DNA of 25,588 nucleotides, taken from positions 1 to 25,588 of the IMG/VR virus record IMGVR_UViG_3300014656_000118; one strand, 5' to 3'. Positions 24,938 to 25,588 of this stretch are shown here, in pieces. Position 1 is the first letter of the stretch. Every line of letters starts with the position of its first letter. A program made the translations under genes and the position numbers. A model generated the notes under the pieces. It saw only the letters and a program-made list of their open reading frames with translations. It ran no database searches and was not told the DNA's origin. The DNA is from a virus. Its lineage: Duplodnaviria; Caudoviricetes.

Positions 24938-25257
24938 TGGCAAAAAAAAATCTAAAACCTATTGTTGACTACGAATTTGATCAAAATGATGTGGTGTATG
25001 AAGATGAATCCGTCGAATCAATGGAGGCGGAAACGTCCGCGGCAGACATGTTGCCGGAGGAATTGATCGAAAAGACGACGGAAAAAACAAATCTGTATTG
25101 GGAAAAACGCAACTGGGCAGGGGTCAAGGATGTGTATATGTGCAAGATGTGCGGCGAGTATCGTGATAGTAAGGACGACATGATCACTCACATCGTTGAT
25201 CACTATCCCACAAATGAACAAAACCAGATTTTAGACCAATTGGTCAAGGAGAATTAG
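24934..25257 (+). CDS. Acidic protein with a C2H2 zinc finger
   Basis: YMCKMCGEYRDSKDDMITHIVDH matches C-x2-C-x12-H-x3-H. Confidence 0.7.
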   Translation: MMAKKNLKPIVDYEFDQNDVVYEDESVESMEAETSAADMLPEELIEKTTEKTNLYWEKRNWAGVKDVYMCKMCGEYRDSKDDMITHIVDHYPTNEQNQILDQLVKEN

Positions 25258-25588
25258 ATGGCAGATCCAACTGCAATTACTGTTCAAAGCATGAAAGGTC
25301 CGTTTGATACTATAGCTGCCGGTGGTCTTGATTTTACTTTTGCTGACAGTGACAATACTAACGGAAACACATATGTTTGCACCGGTCGAGAGATTTTGAT
25401 TTTGCATAACACAGATATTGCCGAGAAAACTTTCACCGTTACTTCTGTGGATGATGATAAGGGCCGATCAGAAGACATTACTAATTATGCTCTTGCCGCC
25501 GATGATTATGCCTATGTCACGGTTGGTTTGACCAACTCAAAGGGCTGGAAATCGCCAGCCGGAACCATCCGCATCACAACCAATGATG
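25258..25588 (+). CDS. Putative virion structural protein, truncated by the window end (not in ORF track)
   Basis: AAGGAG RBS; MADPTAITVQSMKGPFDTIAAGGLDFTF... stays open to the edge; Thr/Asp-rich beta-strand composition. Confidence 0.75.
   Translation, partial: MADPTAITVQSMKGPFDTIAAGGLDFTFADSDNTNGNTYVCTGREILILHNTDIAEKTFTVTSVDDDKGRSEDITNYALAADDYAYVTVGLTNSKGWKSPAGTIRITTND

Noticed and set aside
863-25478. Numerous minus-strand ORFs in the track (e.g. 4055..4798, 5935..6618, 17701..18300)
   Set aside because: They are antisense shadows of well-supported plus-strand genes, with no recognisable motifs.
1-25588. Diversity-generating retroelement, retron or stop-codon recoding
   Set aside because: No reverse transcriptase or TR/VR pair seen; genes are full length in the standard code.

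Overview
Segment of a temperate, probably siphovirus-like phage genome (prophage or phage-plasmid). From left to right: a leftward HTH repressor diverging from a strong rightward promoter and a ribbon-helix-helix Cro-like gene; an early operon with an internal tyrosine recombinase and a nearby 11-6-11 dif/lox-like site; a split DnaG-like primase and P-loop helicase followed by an iteron-rich origin (GTGAAC/GTTCAC repeats); a ParA plus RHH partition pair with a GGTACC repeat cluster; accessory genes (Gp37/Gp68 DUF5131-like, ASCH-like); an AT-rich late promoter followed immediately by a terminator; holin-like genes; terminase, SPP1-type portal, head morphogenesis, scaffold, HK97-fold capsid, decoration and neck genes, truncated at the right edge. 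The main candidate system is a set of plasmid-type maintenance functions (dimer resolution, type Ib partitioning, iteron origin) with visible cis-sites embedded in the lytic early operon. Several structured non-coding elements and dispersed REP-like repeats are also present. All product calls come from motif recognition by eye; no database searches were run.
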